Assembly: GCA_965237955.1 (NCBI GenBank)
Contig: OZ250169.1
Location: 1,472,001 to 1,536,000, forward strand
Source: Candidatus Marinacidobacterales bacterium
GTDB taxonomy: Bacteria; Acidobacteriota; Vicinamibacteria; Marinacidobacterales; SMYC01
Direction: 5' to 3'
DNA length: 64,000 nt
Position numbers and translations under genes: made by a program. The notes beneath the pieces were generated by a model, which did not search any database, was not told the DNA's origin, and saw nothing but the letters and a program-made list of their open reading frames with translations. Positions within the stretch are counted from its first letter, which is position 1; each line of letters begins with the position of its first letter. Below, in pieces: positions 60,027 to 64,000 of the stretch.

Positions 60027-60964
60027 TCCGCCACCTCCCGGTCATCCCAGTCATCAACGACGAGTGCCAGAAAAACCTCCTCGAGGGTTGGCCGTTGCAA
60101 CTCGAGATGTCGTGGCGGGCAGGCGGCGACGATGGCGCGCATGGTCTCCGACACGTCGGCGCGTGCCGCGAGCGAGATCGCGTATCCGCGATCTGAGCGA
60201 TGCACGTCTTCGACGCCCGTGGTATTTTCGAGGCCACGAATATCCGCGTCGTCGTCAAGGGGGTCGAGAGGCTCGAGCAGAACCGTTCGCGGGTCGAAGC
60301 GAGAGCGCAAGGCGTCGAGACTCTCGTCCAAGACTTTCTCGCCTCGGTGGATCATGACGATGTGCTCGCAGATTTGCTCGGCCTGGGGCATCACATGCGT
60401 TGAGAACAAGATCGTCGCCCCGCGGGCATGCTGCTCGAGCACGAGCTCTCGCGCAAGTCTCATGTTCACGGGATCGAGCCCGCTGAACGGCTCGTCGAGT
60501 ATCAGGAGGTCCGGTTCATGAAGCACTGCGGCGACGAACTGCACTTTCTGCTGCATCCCTTTGGAGAGCTCTTCGCATCGCTTCTTCTCGACATCGGCGA
60601 GCCCTATTTTTTCGAGCCACTGACGAACCCGATCGCGGAGCACCGTCTCGTCGACGCCCTTCAACCGCCCCATATAGACGAGGAACGCGCCAACTTTCAT
60701 TTTGCGATAGAGTCCGCGCTCTTCCGGCAAGTAGCCGATCCGGTCCTTGGCTTCGAGCGCTGAGGTTTGGCCGAGAACCGACACGCGCCCGTCGTCGGGA
60801 AACAGAATCGACATCACCAGCCGAATCGTAGAGGTCTTCCCCGCTCCGTTGGGTCCGATAAAGCCGTAAAGCCCGCCGACAGGTACGGACAAATTCAATC
60901 TGCTCACAGCCACCGTGGGACCAAACGTCTTGGTGACGTTTTCGAGAACAATCGCGTCGCTCAT
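60023..60964 (-). CDS. ABC ATP-binding protein (NatA-like)
   Basis: GPNGAGKT, LSKGMQQK, DEPFSGLD. Confidence 0.95.
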   Translation of the reverse strand: MSDAIVLENVTKTFGPTVAVSRLNLSVPVGGLYGFIGPNGAGKTSTIRLVMSILFPDDGRVSVLGQTSALEAKDRIGYLPEERGLYRKMKVGAFLVYMGRLKGVDETVLRDRVRQWLEKIGLADVEKKRCEELSKGMQQKVQFVAAVLHEPDLLILDEPFSGLDPVNMRLARELVLEQHARGATILFSTHVMPQAEQICEHIVMIHRGEKVLDESLDALRSRFDPRTVLLEPLDPLDDDADIRGLENTTGVEDVHRSDRGYAISLAARADVSETMRAIVAACPPRHLELQRPTLEEVFLALVVDDWDDREVAE

Positions 60965-61008
60965 GTGTTGATGCCATCGATTATGACACGCGCGTATAAT
61001 CGAAGAGG

Positions 61009-61281
61009 ATGACGAACGCGACATGCCCCGGCGCGGAGACACTGGCCGCGTACGTCGACGGCCGGATCGGCGACGATGAGCTCACGGAGATTTCGAATCA
61101 CATTGTCGACTGCGCGCGCTGCTACGAAACCGTCGCCGCGACGGTGCGTGTCTTGTCAGGAGTTGGGCGAACCGAGAACATCGCGCCGCCTTTGGCGCTC
61201 CTCCCGGCCCTGCTCACGGGAACCGTCATGGCGATCGCGCTAGCGGTGAGCTTGCTCCTGTTGCTCCGCGGAGGATCGTAG
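61009..61281 (+). CDS. Zinc-finger anti-sigma-like (zf-HC2) small membrane protein
   Basis: CP...LAAYVDG...HIVDCARC plus one TM helix. Confidence 0.75.
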   Translation: MTNATCPGAETLAAYVDGRIGDDELTEISNHIVDCARCYETVAATVRVLSGVGRTENIAPPLALLPALLTGTVMAIALAVSLLLLLRGGS

Positions 61282-61435
61282 CCTGCCTAGTGCACCGGGC
61301 TGGCCACTGGTGACTGGAGGCCGGAAGCTGGTCGAGCGAAACGGTTGGCGCGCCAGAACGTTCCCGTATCGTTCTCGCGCACGCAGCGCGTTCTCAAATA
61401 CGGAAGCACCCACGGGGTGCTTCCGCCATCAACTG

Positions 61436-61720
61436 TTACTCAGGCCGCCAGAAGCTCGTCCACGATCGGGGGGTCGGCAGCGGGCTCGGCACGGCGCACG
61501 TGATCGCGCCGATGCTTACTAATAAGGATGGCGGCAGACACACGAATACCTCGCGGAAAGTGAGTCGCCGGGTGGCGAGTCCGGCCTGCATCGCCGGAGT
61601 CCGGGTCTCACGCCCGAACTTCAGAGCGCCGTGCGGGCGGACGAAGTTGTAATGACAACGCAGCAGCTCGAGATGTTCTTCGAGCTGCTCCTCCGAGCGA
61701 GCATGGGAGAGGGGATCCAC
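61436..61720 (-). pseudogene. C-terminal relic of an IS1-like transposase
   Basis: YNFVRPH...TPAMQAG, the same motif as the 6015-6839 transposase. Confidence 0.75.
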
Positions 61721-61765
61721 CGCTCCTCGCGTCCCTCCTCACGACAGCCTCATCGGAGGATGAAT

Positions 61766-63149
61766 CTACTCGACGAGCGCCTTTTCTACCGGAAGCCGGT
61801 ACCAGCCTCGCTCGACGCGAAGGCGAGACGACATCCGTAGCGGCCAGCGAAAGACGGACGGCGTCGGCCCGTAGCCGGGCCTCTGATAGAAGCGAAAGCT
61901 CTCGACAAGCCGGTACGTGTCTTCGTTCACCCAGGGGCCCACGCCGCCGACATAGTCAAAATCTGCCCACTCTTCGAGCGATTGCGGAAACTCGTAGTCA
62001 CCGGGTGAAAGATTCTGCACGATTTCCGCTCCCGGGTAGGGCCAGTAATAGAAGAGGGCCACTTCGAAGGCGGGGCTCATGGCGCGCAAACGGCGGGCGA
62101 CATCGAGAGACGCTTGGACCGACTCCGCGTCCTCTCCGGGAAAGCCGACGATAAATGGGAAGATGGCACCAATGCCATAGCGAACGCAGCTCTCGGCGCA
62201 TTCGAAGACCTGGCCGATCTCGATGTCCTTTTTCATCCAGTCGAGCATCTTCTGAGAGCCCGACTCCACGCCGATCATGACGCGTGTCAAGCCTGACCTC
62301 TTGGTCTTTTCCCAAAGGAACTCGTCCATGCGGTGTCCCTGGTCGGCACGCAAAGTCGCCGTCCACGAAACGCATCTCGGCCGCCAGTAACGCTTCGGCG
62401 ATGGCGTCCACCCGTTTCGGGCTGGTGAAAAATGTCTCGTCCTGAAAGGCCACTTCCTGAAAGGGGTAGACCCGCCACCAATATTCAAGCTCATCCACTA
62501 CCCGTTGGGGCTCGAGACCCGTCCATCCCCTTCCGTAAACGAACGGGTCGGCGCAGAAGGCACAACGAAACCGACAGCCCTGAGAGGAGATGTAGTCGAG
62601 CTGGCGATGTCTCTTGCGCCGGTAGTACTCCTCCACCGGCACGAGGCGGTAGTCGACTCGGGGAAAGGCGTTGACGTCACCGAGCGGACGCGGGCGCTCG
62701 ACGCGAGGCCGCCCTTCGGCTCGATGGGCGGTGCCGGCAACGCCGGCAACGCTCTCACCCCCGGCCAGACGTCCGATAACTTCGCCAACGCTCTCTTCGC
62801 CCTGCCCGATGACGACGACGTCCACCGAGCTCTCTTCCAGACACTGTTCAGGAAAGAGCGAAGGGTGCCAGCCGCCCCAAACGACGTGAAGATCGGGGCG
62901 GCGGGCCTTGACAGCGCGCGAAACGGCCAGGGCGTCGCGAATGGGAGCGCCGGTGAGGACCCCAACGCCGAGACAAAGTGCGTTCTCAGCGGCCTCGACG
63001 ACGGCGTCGATAGGGTCCTCCTCAAGCCGTCCGTCCACCACTACGACCTCGAACCGGCTACGGTCGAGGGCCGAGCCCACCGCCATCACGCCGAGGGGCA
63101 TGGTATGGAAAACGCCCGGGGGGTTGTATAGGACGACACGGTCCGACAA
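61766..63149 (-). CDS. B12-binding radical SAM protein, frameshift near 62360
   Basis: WGGWHPS, GQGE, CRFRCAFC, DETF, GVESGS, GFPGE. Confidence 0.88.
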
Positions 63150-63291
63150 GCGGGATACCTCCTTACCCTCCTTCAGCCTATCGTAGAGTCTAACCTATCT
63201 GTGTTCATCCACTTACCTCTTTAGCGTCGAAGAGCGATTGCAGCTCATGGGGTGAATGGCCGTAAGTTGTAGAGTTAACAGAAAATCCGCC

Positions 63292-63385
63292 CCCTCTTCT
63301 AGCTGTCGGTAGGTCAGTCGGCAGTTCAGAAACGTGAGGGTGGTCGCGTCGCCGTACTCAGCGGCGGCGCGATCGATAACGCCTG
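63292..63385 (-). pseudogene. N-terminal relic of an acyl-CoA synthetase
   Basis: IDRAAAEYGDATTLTFLNCRLTYRQL. Confidence 0.5.
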
Positions 63386-63434
63386 GCTGCGCTTCGAGCT
63401 CGTACCGGAGGAGTTCCACCTGCGAGGCGGGCGG

Positions 63435-64000
63435 ATGGAGCTCGACATTCCCTTCACGCAGGCGCGTACCCCGAATCTCTTCCCCTATAACATATATTTT
63501 GCCAATACGGGTTTCGAGACCGATAGTATCGGCCAGTACCACGATGGCGGTGAGGTCGGCGGCTTCCTCGACGACGAGACCTACTGGTCGCTGGCGGTGG
63601 TCGATGGCCGGAGCAACGCCGATAACGCCGGTTTCGCCCCCAATCTCTACAGCCGAATCATGCGATTCTTCGGGGAAAACCGAGCCGGTGCCTTTACTCT
63701 TTTCGGCGAGAACACATTGTCTCGATCGAACCCCGACCCGACGCTTGGCGGGCCTGACGTCTCGTCTGGGATGATGAGCTTTTTCGTATCGGAGCGGACG
63801 GTTCATTCGACGTGAACCGGCTGAATCTCTACGGGCTGTTCATGTATGGGCGGAACGACAACTCCATCGCCGACGCCGCCAATCCGGAAGGGACCGTGGA
63901 GCCCCTGAGCTTCGCCGGCGGCTTCCTACAGGGAGACTACTTCTTCTGGGATCAACTCACAGTCACGGCTCGGCTGGACGTCGTCAGCCGCCCACCGGAA
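63435..64000 (+). pseudogene. Fragment of a beta-barrel/porin-like gene running off the window, with a frameshift
   Basis: ELDIPFTQAR...; after a frame change continues as LNLYGLFMYG...GGFLQGDY. Confidence 0.45.

Overview
GC-rich bacterial chromosome segment. The gene content (many Ser/Thr kinase and PD40-repeat genes, a kinase-DUF4388-J-domain-TPR fusion, a PD40-PHP hydrolase) suggests an Acidobacterium, but this is inference. About a dozen frameshifts, several in homopolymers, may be long-read errors. Core genes: degP-like protease with an OmpR-type two-component system, phosphoesterases, a Na+/solute symporter, a DNA-repair region (nuclease-fused DinG, variant DEDD+GIY-YIG, herA relic, sbcD, sbcC) and two ABC systems. 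The main discovery is a 2,634-bp IS1-family element (4813-7446) with perfect 16-bp IRs and an 8-bp TSD. It carries a small basic protein, a coiled-coil/wHTH protein, a structured ~200-nt RNA-like region whose SD is doubly sequestered before a hydrophobic peptide (type I toxin-like), a leaderless transposase, and a cargo gene bracketed by two diverged copies of the transposase 3' end. Other finds missed by the ORF track: a UGA-recoded redoxin selenoprotein (58071-58646), a 369-bp hairpin-rich MITE inside a glyoxalase gene, a probable group II intron 3' relic, a thrice-repeated 14-bp palindrome, and several head+tail collapsed genes. Positions 39.4-51.7 kb are a mobile-element graveyard. No CRISPR array, tRNA or rRNA was seen. 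All family calls come from motif recognition by eye, not database searches.
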